This document shows, in pieces, positions 36,163-45,550 of a DNA stretch of 64,000 nucleotides; within the stretch, counting starts at the first letter, position 1; every line of letters begins with the position of its first letter. The DNA comes from Nitrospinota bacterium (GTDB lineage Bacteria; Nitrospinota; Nitrospinia; Nitrospinales; VA-1), in assembly GCA_009873635.1 (NCBI GenBank), contig WAHY01000003.1:141678-205677 (forward strand). Direction: 5' to 3'. The notes below the pieces were generated by a model. The model searched no databases, had not been told where the DNA came from, and worked only from the letters and a program-made list of their open reading frames with translations. Position numbers and translations under genes: made by a program.

Positions 36163-38691
36163 CTATCCTTTATTTCGAGGTATGGCCCGGCTCGTTAATC
36201 TTTTCTCTTCGGAAGCCTGAGCGGCATTTTTAGCGCAACGAAATCCATAGTCGTCCATGCGGCTTTTGGGGGTACCATTATTGCGAAATGAAGAATAAAT
36301 AAAACCTTTCAAGTCTCGCCATGACCCGCCACGAACACCCTTAAATTCCCCTCCAATGGGCCCTCTTGGGTTTGCATATTCTGATTGTTCTCTATAATAC
36401 TCGCGATCATACCAATCGTCCACCCATTCTTTGACGTTTCCCGCCATGTTGTAAAGCCCGTATGGACTTTTCCCCTCTGGGAGTGCCTGAACAGGAACCA
36501 TGACTTTGTGCTCGAGCTCATCAGTCCAGTTCTGGAAATAGCGAGCTCGAGTGCTGGAGGGTGCTGAGTTCCCCCAGGGGTATAATTGCGAATTTTCGCC
36601 ACGGGCCGCTTTTTCCCATTCAGCTTCAGTGGGCAGACGCTTTCCCTTCCATTTGCAATATGAGTCTGCGGCAAACCAGGTGACGTTGTTGATCGGGTAA
36701 TTTTCCAGGCCCGGTCGCGGGTGGAAACGACCATCATAGAAAAGCGTTCCAAACTTGTTATCAAGGTAATATCCTTTAACATTATTTTTTTCGTTCAAAA
36801 ATTCAGCAAACTCATTTGCTGACACCTCGTATTTATCTATCCAGTATCCGTCAAGATAGACACTATGTTCAGGAGCTTCATCTTCCAGGCTATCGCTGGC
36901 ACCCATTTTGAAAAAACCGGCAGGAACAAGGACCATATTGCCTTCCTCTTTTATTACATATTTATCACTCAGGTTTTTTTCCGACCTGTTGTTTTGCGTC
37001 TGCAGTTGCTGTAACAGGTCTCGGGTTTCTCTGCTAAAGGGTCCGTTTGCATCCATTTTTAAATAAGTTTGCAGACTGTCCTTGGATTTATTTTGTTTGC
37101 CTGCTTTGTAATAGATCCATCCCTTGAAAAAATGTAAATCTGCCCTGTGAGAACTGAGGTTTTCATTAATATCCTGAATCATGCCCTGGACTAGATGAAC
37201 AGGGTTTTCCGAGATAACCGTTTCATACCATTCCTTGGCTTTCATGTATTGTTTTTGCAGGAGTGAATAAAAGCCCAGGTTCATCTGTGCGAGCGCTTTG
37301 AGTTGGTCTGTTCCCATACTTTTCTTAATTCCCCGAAGAGTCCAGGCCGAAGCCATGGATAGATCACCAAGACGGTAATAGGTCCAACCCAGCTGGATAT
37401 AGTTTTTCAGATGCGCAGGGTCTTTATCTATGAGAAAACGGTATTGTTCAATCGCTCGCTGGAAATCTTCCATTCTGTAATAAGCTTCAGCCAACCCTTC
37501 ATTAATTTGGGCAGACTCAGGGAACCTCATTTGAATCTGTTTCAGGGTTTCAAGTGCCAATGCCTGTTGCCCCATTTTTCCGTAGGCGGAAGCTATATTA
37601 AGATGATTTTGTAAAGTTTCAGGCTGTATTCGGGCTAGCAGTTTAAGGTGCAGCAGCGATGAAGTGAGTCTGTTATTTTGCAGATACAGGTTTGCCAGCA
37701 TTCTATGAGCCGGGCTGAAACTGGGCTCAATTTGAACAACCTGCAAAAAGGCATCAATGGCTTTATCCGGATTGCCGGAATCCATGTGCACAAGGCCAAG
37801 GTTGAACAGGGTTGAAGTGTTATCAGGCTCTGCTTTTAAAGCCAGGCTGTAATGTTCGATAGCTTTTGCGGGCTTTTTTAATTCTGAATAAATGTTTGCC
37901 AGGTTGTTTTGAGCGTCAATTGACCCGGGGTTGATGGAGGTGGATATCTCCAAATAAAAAATAGCTCTTTCCGGTTTCTGGTTCTGATAATAAACCATTC
38001 CAACATTTGAAAAGTAAGCTCCAAGGGTTTGTCTGCCATTCAGGTTTTTCAGGAAATATGATTTTTTTTGATTGTCGGCCAAAACGCCAAAGCGTTGCTG
38101 GTAAAAACTGTCTGGATAGGAAGCTCCCCGCTCAGTGGTTTCAATATTGATACGCGTTCCTTTATTCTGATATCGAACAAAAAAGTGATTGGGCAGTGCA
38201 ACGCCATGTAGAGGAATGTTTAATTTTTGTCCTAGTATGAGATATAAAAGAGACAGGTTCATACAATAACCTTTGTGAGTTTTCAATAAACCGTGAAGGA
38301 ATAGTTCTTCAGGATTGACAGGAACTCCTCTTTCATCAACCTTATCTGTATAGCCAAATTTTCCGGTGTCATGGATGAGAGTTTTTAGCTCTCGGGTTAT
38401 TTCGTTAGGGTTGTTTTTTCCTTTTAGGTTTTGTTTGGCTGAGAGGCTAAGCTGATCAATTTTTTCTCTTAAGGGTACTAAATCTAAAGAAGGGTCCCAA
38501 TGCTTTGAAACTAAAAGAAGGGTTTCCAGCAGGTTTGGGGTTGTATTCGAACCCTGTTTTATCTCAAGTAGTTTTGTCTCAATCGCATCGTTGGGGGGGG
38601 TGCCATGGGCAATTATCGGTTGTAAGTTGTATAGGAATAAAAAAATAATAAATACGAAGTCATTAATAGTCTTAGTAGTTTTATTAGGCAT
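36163..38691 (-). CDS. Transglutaminase-like (SirB1-type) / TPR / FGE-sulfatase (SUMF1-family) fusion protein, exported
   Basis: 842-codon ORF. N-terminal signal/anchor. 'HKGYCMNLSLLYLILGQKLNIPLHGVALPNHFFVRY' (transglutaminase-like core). A long TPR array. The C-terminal 'YWIDKYEVSANEFAEFL', 'GLYNMAGNVKEWVDDWY' and 'RGGSW' are FGE-sulfatase domain blocks. Confidence 0.85.
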   Translation of the reverse strand: MPNKTTKTINDFVFIIFLFLYNLQPIIAHGTPPNDAIETKLLEIKQGSNTTPNLLETLLLVSKHWDPSLDLVPLREKIDQLSLSAKQNLKGKNNPNEITRELKTLIHDTGKFGYTDKVDERGVPVNPEELFLHGLLKTHKGYCMNLSLLYLILGQKLNIPLHGVALPNHFFVRYQNKGTRINIETTERGASYPDSFYQQRFGVLADNQKKSYFLKNLNGRQTLGAYFSNVGMVYYQNQKPERAIFYLEISTSINPGSIDAQNNLANIYSELKKPAKAIEHYSLALKAEPDNTSTLFNLGLVHMDSGNPDKAIDAFLQVVQIEPSFSPAHRMLANLYLQNNRLTSSLLHLKLLARIQPETLQNHLNIASAYGKMGQQALALETLKQIQMRFPESAQINEGLAEAYYRMEDFQRAIEQYRFLIDKDPAHLKNYIQLGWTYYRLGDLSMASAWTLRGIKKSMGTDQLKALAQMNLGFYSLLQKQYMKAKEWYETVISENPVHLVQGMIQDINENLSSHRADLHFFKGWIYYKAGKQNKSKDSLQTYLKMDANGPFSRETRDLLQQLQTQNNRSEKNLSDKYVIKEEGNMVLVPAGFFKMGASDSLEDEAPEHSVYLDGYWIDKYEVSANEFAEFLNEKNNVKGYYLDNKFGTLFYDGRFHPRPGLENYPINNVTWFAADSYCKWKGKRLPTEAEWEKAARGENSQLYPWGNSAPSSTRARYFQNWTDELEHKVMVPVQALPEGKSPYGLYNMAGNVKEWVDDWYDREYYREQSEYANPRGPIGGEFKGVRGGSWRDLKGFIYSSFRNNGTPKSRMDDYGFRCAKNAAQASEEKRLTSRAIPRNKG

Positions 38692-38800
38692 AGAAATCTG
38701 GGCAAAGGTTTTAAGGGTTTAATAATATTATAACAGAAGGCGAATTCTTAGTGCTTAAGAATAATGTAATGTTTTTGCCTTCTTTTTCAGAGAATCATAT

Positions 38801-39268
38801 ATGAAAATCCTTGTCGCAGAAGATGATCTGGATAATGCCAGGTTGCTGGAGAATATACTTAAAAACAGTTAGCATACTGTGGAAGTCGTGGATGATGGTG
38901 CCAAAGCTCTTGACAGGTTGAGGCAGTCTCAGTTCGATGTGCTCTTGACAGATTGGATGATGCCGGAAATGGATGGGGCGACTCTGATACAAAAAGTCCG
39001 CAAAGAACTTGATGCCACACCTTTGATCTTGATGGTCACTGCGGTTGGAGATGATGAATCTCGTCGGCAGGTGCTTAAGGCAAAAAAAATTATTGAATCG
39101 CAAGAGACAGGAATAAACCTGTCTATTCTCTTCTTACCATCCAACCCTCTAGAAAAAGCATTCCTGCAACCATCAAAAATAAAGCTGTGCTCAAAGGTAA
39201 GCCGTCAGAAGTTTCAGGTCTGCCTGATTCTGTTTGGGGCTCCAGAAACTCCAGTTTCGTTCCTTTAA
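38801..39268 (+). pseudogene. CheY-like receiver domain gene interrupted by an in-frame TAG and lacking the C-terminal beta5/alpha5 region
   Basis: ATG at 38801 gives 'MKILVAEDDLDNARLLENILKNS', then TAG (38870..38872), then the same frame continues 'HTVEVVDDGAKALDRLRQSQFDVLLTDWMMPEMDGATLIQKVRKELDATPLILMVTAVGDDESRRQVLKA'. Receiver homology ends at an A8 run (39082..39089). The remaining open frame runs into the convergent gene. Confidence 0.7.
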
Positions 39269-41225
39269 GAAGGTTTTCGATTTCTATTTTTGAGATCTTT
39301 CCCGGCTCTGATTCGCTGGTATCAATGTTAACGGTAAATGTTCCTGCAGGTTCGGCTCCTGGAGGAAGCTTTGTTAGCTCTTTTTGGCTTTCGACATCTA
39401 ATGAAGGCAATGAATAGAGACGGTATACACCCGGTTGAAAGGTTTTGCTAAAATAACCATTTTCTATATTACGGAGTGTTCCATCAGGTGAAAGCACAAT
39501 TCGTCTTTCATCTTTGACATTATTACGAAATGGTTCGCCTACCAACAACTCTTGCTGGGAAACTTGCTCCAGACCTCGCGCGGCATACTGAGTCCATCGC
39601 TGTATCCAGGGTAAATAAGTAGGTTGAATTGGAAAATCGTTCCAATCTCTGTCCAGTGAACTTAAAAATAGAACAACAATGCCTTTTCCAGTTTCAGATT
39701 CAATCACTGCAGGATGTTTGTTCGAAAACCAGGTGCCTACTTTAAATTTCTTGTCTTCCCGTGCTGATAGGGTGTACATTGAATAAAAATTTATCCCGCG
39801 CATTTCTTCAAGAGCCTTGGCCGAGAATACCTGCATGACCGGGTGATCATTATTTTTCAAGAGGAGGTGGAGTTCCCCTTTCCTGGTCTGTTGCTGAGAT
39901 TCCAGTTTGACAGGAAGAAGGTTTCCTAAACGCTCATTAAAATATTTGGGATTTACTTGATCTCCCATTCCAAACAAAAGGGCCCCTCCATTTAAAACAA
40001 ACTTTTCAAGCTCCAATTCATAGCCAGGTGGAAGTTCACGGACATTGGCCAGGATAACTACTGAAAAATCAGATAAATTTCTCAAGGTTAATTCTGCAAG
40101 GGTAGAAACGGTTGGATCAATATTCGACAGTGGAACAGAAAAAGGGTTCAGGGCATGCTCAAGATAAAAAGATTCGCTTTGATGAGAGATGGTTTCCGGG
40201 TCCCCATCGACTACCAGAACGCGAATATTCTGGCTGGGGTGAAATGGAAAATAACGAGAGTTATCGATTGGCAAAGCGTCATCAGAAATCTGTATCTTGC
40301 CATTTAAGGGTTGGTTTCTTTTTAAAGGATAGGAGAACTCTTGATCAATGGTTTGTCCTGCTGGGAGGTCGAGAAGTTTTTCTTTTACAAGTTTTCCTTC
40401 CAGAAATAGAGAGACTGGCGTCTGGCTCAATGTGTTGGAAAAATTTTTCACTTCCGCTTTTACTCTTAACATGCGACTTTGTGTGAGAAATTCCTGGGAT
40501 AAATTGACGTTTTCGATCATTCCCTTGTTGTCGCCTGACTGCAGTTGTGAAAAATTTATTGTTTGAATTAAATAGGGAGTGGTGCTTGTTGGAAATGATC
40601 CCTCCTGCCAGCCATTTTTGTCCAGGTCAGTTAGTAAAAGAATTTTCTTGTTTTCGTGTTTGGCGATATCTAGCAGTTTTATTGCTTCATCAATAGCTCC
40701 TCCAATATGAGTTGTTTGATAGGAGATTGTTTGCGCCTTAAGTATGGTTGCAAAAGCGGGTTTATTTGTTGTCCACTCTTGTATGGTTTGTGCTGGAGAA
40801 GAAGCGAGGACAAGACTGAACTCGCTGCTATCAGGAGATTGTTTGATTATTTCAAAAATATATTTAATGGCGTTATCAAACAAGGTCTTTTCTTTAGAGC
40901 GGATTCCCATGCTATAGGAATTATCAAGGACAAATACGATTGAAGCAGGAGAGGCCGGCAGGAAAGCTTCCGATTTTCCAAATGAAAAAAATGGGTTGGC
41001 CAGGGCGATGCTGAACAGAGCTATAGCCAAACAACGTGTCAAAAGTAATAATAACTTGTTAGGCCGGGACTTTCTTATAGAACGTCTTTGTGATTGTGTG
41101 AGTAAATAAACCGCTGAAAATTTAATTTGCTTTTGTTGTCTCTTGGTTAAAAGATGGATCAGGATTGGAATAGAGATCCCTGCCATACCAAGTAAAAATA
41201 GTGGAGACGAAAAATTTAGACTCAT
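39123..41225 (-). CDS. BatA-N-terminal / von Willebrand A domain membrane protein
   Basis: 700-codon ORF. The N-terminal 'SPLFLLGMAGISIPILIHLL' double-TM motif is typical of the aerotolerance (BatA) N-terminal domain. MIDAS-like 'VFVLDNSYSMG'. C-terminal TM anchor. Confidence 0.75.
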   Translation of the reverse strand: MSLNFSSPLFLLGMAGISIPILIHLLTKRQQKQIKFSAVYLLTQSQRRSIRKSRPNKLLLLLTRCLAIALFSIALANPFFSFGKSEAFLPASPASIVFVLDNSYSMGIRSKEKTLFDNAIKYIFEIIKQSPDSSEFSLVLASSPAQTIQEWTTNKPAFATILKAQTISYQTTHIGGAIDEAIKLLDIAKHENKKILLLTDLDKNGWQEGSFPTSTTPYLIQTINFSQLQSGDNKGMIENVNLSQEFLTQSRMLRVKAEVKNFSNTLSQTPVSLFLEGKLVKEKLLDLPAGQTIDQEFSYPLKRNQPLNGKIQISDDALPIDNSRYFPFHPSQNIRVLVVDGDPETISHQSESFYLEHALNPFSVPLSNIDPTVSTLAELTLRNLSDFSVVILANVRELPPGYELELEKFVLNGGALLFGMGDQVNPKYFNERLGNLLPVKLESQQQTRKGELHLLLKNNDHPVMQVFSAKALEEMRGINFYSMYTLSAREDKKFKVGTWFSNKHPAVIESETGKGIVVLFLSSLDRDWNDFPIQPTYLPWIQRWTQYAARGLEQVSQQELLVGEPFRNNVKDERRIVLSPDGTLRNIENGYFSKTFQPGVYRLYSLPSLDVESQKELTKLPPGAEPAGTFTVNIDTSESEPGKISKIEIENLLKGTKLEFLEPQTESGRPETSDGLPLSTALFLMVAGMLFLEGWMVRRE

Positions 41226-42166
41226 AGTTTGGCGAGACTTTTACGTTTCAATAAATAGTAACTCAAGGCATGATCGAGAGACTCAGAGGTATTCAGTAAG
41301 ATATGATCCACTCCCAGTCCATTGCAGTCTTTTTTTAAGGAGTTGATATGCTCCTGAACCATAAACCGGTACTCGTCACGAATATCTTGCGGATCAAGAC
41401 TGATCGCGGGGTCCTCTTCAAGCGACTCAAAAACGATATCCCCCTCAAAAGGCAGGTTAATTTCATCGGGGTCAAGCACGTGAAATAATATGACCTCAAG
41501 TCCTCTTGAGCATAAAAGTTTTAAGCTTTTTTGTAGATTCTGGTTTTGAACAAAAAAATCAGAAATCAGAATGAGCATGCTCCTTCTTGGCAGTCTTTCA
41601 TGCAGGCCTCCCAAAACATCTTCGATCCTGGTTTCTCCCTGTGGTGAAATGCTTGCAAGACCATGCAAAATATGCTGAAAGTGTGAAGCTTTGGAGCGAG
41701 GAGGAATGTGATCAAGAACTTGATCGTTAAATAAAGTCATTCCTACTGCATCAAACTGCTTTAAAAGCAAATAAGAAAGTGCTGCAGCCAGGTTGCGAGC
41801 ATATTCTATTTTTGAGAGCTGTTTGTTTTCCGGGGACTCATAACCCATGGACCCGCTTGAGTCCAGCAGGATAGTGCATTTCAGGTTTGTGGACTGCTCA
41901 AATTGCTTGATATGGTATTTGTCGGTTTTACCTGCTACTTTCCAGTCAATATGGCGGACTTCATCCCCGGGAGAGTAATCTTTATATTCTGCAAACTCCA
42001 CTGAAGATCCTTTGTGGCGACTGCGGTGTTGCCCCGTTAGCAAACCCTCTACCAGATTCATGGCTGTCATCTTCAAAGAGGATATCCGGGAGAGTACTTG
42101 AGCATCAAAATTTTGTACAGAGTTTTGCATAATTCTGATTATAGCTGGAAATGACGAGCTTTCCAT
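41222..42166 (-). CDS. DUF58 domain protein (vWA-like)
   Basis: 314-codon ORF overlapping the downstream gene by 4 nt. 'GQHRSRHKGSSVEFAEYKDYSPGDEVRHIDWKV' and 'ILLDSSGSMGY' are the hallmark DUF58 blocks. Confidence 0.85.
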   Translation of the reverse strand: MESSSFPAIIRIMQNSVQNFDAQVLSRISSLKMTAMNLVEGLLTGQHRSRHKGSSVEFAEYKDYSPGDEVRHIDWKVAGKTDKYHIKQFEQSTNLKCTILLDSSGSMGYESPENKQLSKIEYARNLAAALSYLLLKQFDAVGMTLFNDQVLDHIPPRSKASHFQHILHGLASISPQGETRIEDVLGGLHERLPRRSMLILISDFFVQNQNLQKSLKLLCSRGLEVILFHVLDPDEINLPFEGDIVFESLEEDPAISLDPQDIRDEYRFMVQEHINSLKKDCNGLGVDHILLNTSESLDHALSYYLLKRKSLAKL

Positions 42167-42324
42167 AATGCAAAAAATGTGGCATTAACCAGTTAATATG
42201 ATAAGGCCATTCAATTAGTTAAGACAAGTGATTACATGTTGGCCTCCTCTCTTGTAGTTGACATTGAAAAGAAGCCTTATAAAATGATCCTTTTTCCAAA
42301 GAATATTCCCAGGCTAATTAATAG

Positions 42325-44940
42325 ATGAGTTTGGTTCGATATTGCAAATGCCATTATCATAATGGTGAGTCCGATCACTGGGGTTTCCTGGATCGCAAAG
42401 CTTTTGCCCAAAAGGGAGCTAAAGCACATTTTGCACCGGATACGCCTGTATTACCCAAACATCTTTTGCTTGATCTCAGTTTCGACTGGGAGGATGAGCG
42501 GGTTTGGGGAAGCACTACTTATGACTTGATGGTCAATGGGCAGGAAATCCAGGAAATTGAACTTGATGCGGTAAATTTGGAAATAGACCGGGTAGTTTCA
42601 GGACGCCGTACACTTGAATTTGAAAATACCGGTGATCGGATCATTGTATTTTTTGGGAAGACTCTCAAATATGGAAAGATAATTCAGATAAAGCTATTTC
42701 ATTCAGTCACTCATCCTTCTGCGGGGATATATTTTACCAAACCCGATGAATCATACCCGGAAAGATTTAAAACAGTCTGGACACAGGGACAGGATGAAGA
42801 TTCTAAATATTATTTCCCCTGTTTTGACCAGCCTAACTTTAAACAAACAACTGAAGTCAAGTTGCATCTGCCGGGGGGGATGTTCGGGTTGTCTAACGGC
42901 CGTCTTATAAAAAAGAAAACAAACTCCAGGGAGTCTTTTTTTCACTATAAGCTGGAAATTCCCTACTCCACTTACCTTCTCTCAATTGTCGCTGGGGAAT
43001 TTTCCGAATATAAGGGGCGAGCCGGGGAAGTGGATATCAAATGGTATGTTCAAAAAGGCCGTGAACGGGAAGGCCGCAATGCCTTTAAAGATACAGGAAA
43101 AATCATACGCTTTTTTTCCGACTACACGGGTTACCCATATCCCTATGAACATTATACCCAGATAGCTGTTCCAGAATTTGTGTTTGGTGGTATGGAAAAT
43201 TTTACTGTTACTACACAAACGGATCTGACCCTTCATAATGACAGGGCCAGCCTTGATATGGATTCAAATGGATTGGTTGCCCATGAAGCCGCCCATATGT
43301 GGTTTGGTGATATTGTTACAGCGAGAAGCTGGTCTCATGCATGGTTGCATGAATCATTCGCCACTTATTTTGACGCGCTCTATACACGTGAATCGAAAGG
43401 TGAGGACGAATTTCGATACCAGTTGTTGGAAGACGCTGAAACCTATTTTAGCGAAGATGCCCGCTACCGCCGTCCAATTGTTACCCATATTTACAAAGAA
43501 CCTATTGACTTGTTTGATGCCCACCTTTATCCGGGAGGGGCAGTAAGACTGCATTACTTGAAATCTCTTGTGGGGGAACCTCTTTTTCGTAAAGCTATTG
43601 CCCGATTTCTTAAACGTCATGAATATGGTTTGGTCGAAACAGTGGATTTGGTCCGGTGTCTTGAAGAAGTCAGTGGCAAGAACTTTGACGGATGGATGGA
43701 TCAATGGATTTTTCGCGGTGGTTACCCTGTGCTTGAAGTTTCTTACAAGTGGGGGGCAACCACTAAATTGACGGAAATAACGATAAAGCAAACTCAGAAA
43801 GCTGAAAAAAAAGAAGCTGAGCTGTTGTTCAAACTTCCCTTGAAAATTGAGTTCTATTTTTCCAGGGGGAGTGAAAAGTTTCCTCTTGAAATCAGAAATA
43901 AAGAAGAAAAGTTCAGTTTTCACCTCAAATCCAAACCGTTGTATTTCAGGATAGATCCGGACTATGAGTGTCCGTCAAAAAAGGTAAAGTTGGAAGTTTC
44001 ACGTTCAATTTTGCATGAGCAGCTGAAACGGGATAAAGACCCGATAGGACGTATCGAAGCGGCTCAAAACCTTGTAGCTAAATCATCGCAGCTTGATATC
44101 AAGATCCTCAGTCAGTGTCTCAAAAAAGAATCTCAATGGGGTGTGGCAAACCGTATCGCACGTGCATTGGGAAAAATTGGGGGAGAGTTTGCCAGGGATG
44201 GTTTGCTCAAAGCGGTGAACAGTGCTGATGCGAAAATTCGTCGGGGAATCGTTGAGGCTTTGGGGGAGTTTATAGGAGATGAGAAAGTTGCCCGTGCGCT
44301 TAAAAAAATTTCCAAGGGCGATCCGTCATATAGGGTAGAAGCTGAAGCAATGTCATCCCTCGGAAGGATCAAAGCGAAAAACAGTAGAACCTTTTTGGAA
44401 GGGTTTTTGGATAGGCCTTCTCACAATGATATCGGCAGGTCTGCGATTTTCAGGGCTTTGGCCAATCTTGAGGAAGAAAAGGCTTGGGAAACTTTGATCA
44501 AAGGTGCAGACTACGGTGCGGCTCGTAGTAGTCGTTTTTCGGCTATTCAGGGTGTCGCAAAGCTGGCAGGCCGGTTTGAACATCTTAAGCCGGAAGCCAT
44601 TAATATTTTAAAGAAATTTACCAGGGAAACTCGAGGAACTCCTTCAGCAACATTTAGAGGAAAACTGGCCGCCATTCAGGCAATGGGTGCGCTGGAAGAC
44701 CTTTCAGCAATTCCGACCTTGAGACGGCTGGCGGAAAGTGAAACCGATGGCCGTTTAAAAAGGAGGGCAGAGGAAACGATTGTCCGCCTGCTGGAGTCTG
44801 CAAAAAAACCAGGTGAAATGAAGTTGATACGGTCTGACCTTGATGACTTGTTGAAAGATAATAAAGCTTTGCGTGATCGATTGGATATAATTGAAAAACA
44901 AAAAGACGCTAAACAAAAATCCCAAAAGAAAAAAGGATAA
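42325..44940 (+). CDS. M1-family aminopeptidase (aminopeptidase N-like) with a C-terminal HEAT-repeat region
   Basis: 871-codon ORF. Exopeptidase motif 'GGMENF'. Zinc site 'HEAAHMWFGD...WLHESFATY'. C-terminal repeats 'RIEAAQNL', 'RRGIVEALGE', 'KLAAIQAMGAL'. Confidence 0.9.
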   Translation: MSLVRYCKCHYHNGESDHWGFLDRKAFAQKGAKAHFAPDTPVLPKHLLLDLSFDWEDERVWGSTTYDLMVNGQEIQEIELDAVNLEIDRVVSGRRTLEFENTGDRIIVFFGKTLKYGKIIQIKLFHSVTHPSAGIYFTKPDESYPERFKTVWTQGQDEDSKYYFPCFDQPNFKQTTEVKLHLPGGMFGLSNGRLIKKKTNSRESFFHYKLEIPYSTYLLSIVAGEFSEYKGRAGEVDIKWYVQKGREREGRNAFKDTGKIIRFFSDYTGYPYPYEHYTQIAVPEFVFGGMENFTVTTQTDLTLHNDRASLDMDSNGLVAHEAAHMWFGDIVTARSWSHAWLHESFATYFDALYTRESKGEDEFRYQLLEDAETYFSEDARYRRPIVTHIYKEPIDLFDAHLYPGGAVRLHYLKSLVGEPLFRKAIARFLKRHEYGLVETVDLVRCLEEVSGKNFDGWMDQWIFRGGYPVLEVSYKWGATTKLTEITIKQTQKAEKKEAELLFKLPLKIEFYFSRGSEKFPLEIRNKEEKFSFHLKSKPLYFRIDPDYECPSKKVKLEVSRSILHEQLKRDKDPIGRIEAAQNLVAKSSQLDIKILSQCLKKESQWGVANRIARALGKIGGEFARDGLLKAVNSADAKIRRGIVEALGEFIGDEKVARALKKISKGDPSYRVEAEAMSSLGRIKAKNSRTFLEGFLDRPSHNDIGRSAIFRALANLEEEKAWETLIKGADYGAARSSRFSAIQGVAKLAGRFEHLKPEAINILKKFTRETRGTPSATFRGKLAAIQAMGALEDLSAIPTLRRLAESETDGRLKRRAEETIVRLLESAKKPGEMKLIRSDLDDLLKDNKALRDRLDIIEKQKDAKQKSQKKKG

Positions 44941-44944
44941 TGGA

Positions 44945-45517
44945 ATGAATAAACCTTTTAATGATGATCCGGTAGATGTATTGGTGAAAAAATTTCTAAC
45001 CCAGAACGGAACGGTTTTGGATTTGAGATTGAAATATATTGGTGATGAAGGTCTGGAATATTTGGCTCAATGCCCTGAGTTGGTTGATCTGGAAGTTTTG
45101 AACCTGGAAAGGAATGAGATTACTGATAAGGGAATAGCTGCGCTGGCGAAATCTACCATAGTAACCAACCTTAAGGAGTTGCATCTTGAAAGAAACGATA
45201 TCGGAGATGCTGGAGTTCAAGCTATTTCAGAATCGGCTAATTTTTCTTATTTGCAATTCATTAACTTTTGGAAGAATAAGGTTGGGGCTGAAGGGACAAA
45301 AGCAATTGCGGCCTCAACGACTTTGGTTAATCTCAAGAACCTGGATTTAGCACAGAATAATATTGGCGATGATGGGGCCAAAGCTCTTGCCGAAAGCAAT
45401 AGCCTGTCAAACCTGGAATTACTTGAGGTGTTTGGCAGTGGATTGACCGATGAAGGCAAAAAACTACTCAAGGAATCCACCGCTTTCCCCAAACTACAGA
45501 CACTGGTTTTGGAGTGA
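44945..45517 (+). CDS. Ribonuclease-inhibitor-type leucine-rich repeat protein
   Basis: I took the ATG at 44945, 5 nt after the upstream stop. The ORF-track start at 44891 would overlap the aminopeptidase. About 28-residue repeats: 'LEVLNLERNEITDKGIAALA', 'LKELHLERNDIGDAGVQAIS', 'LKNLDLAQNNIGDDGAKALA'. Confidence 0.75.
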   Translation: MNKPFNDDPVDVLVKKFLTQNGTVLDLRLKYIGDEGLEYLAQCPELVDLEVLNLERNEITDKGIAALAKSTIVTNLKELHLERNDIGDAGVQAISESANFSYLQFINFWKNKVGAEGTKAIAASTTLVNLKNLDLAQNNIGDDGAKALAESNSLSNLELLEVFGSGLTDEGKKLLKESTAFPKLQTLVLE

Positions 45518-45550
45518 GTTGTTTTTATGCAACCTCCTCCTGGGCAATGT

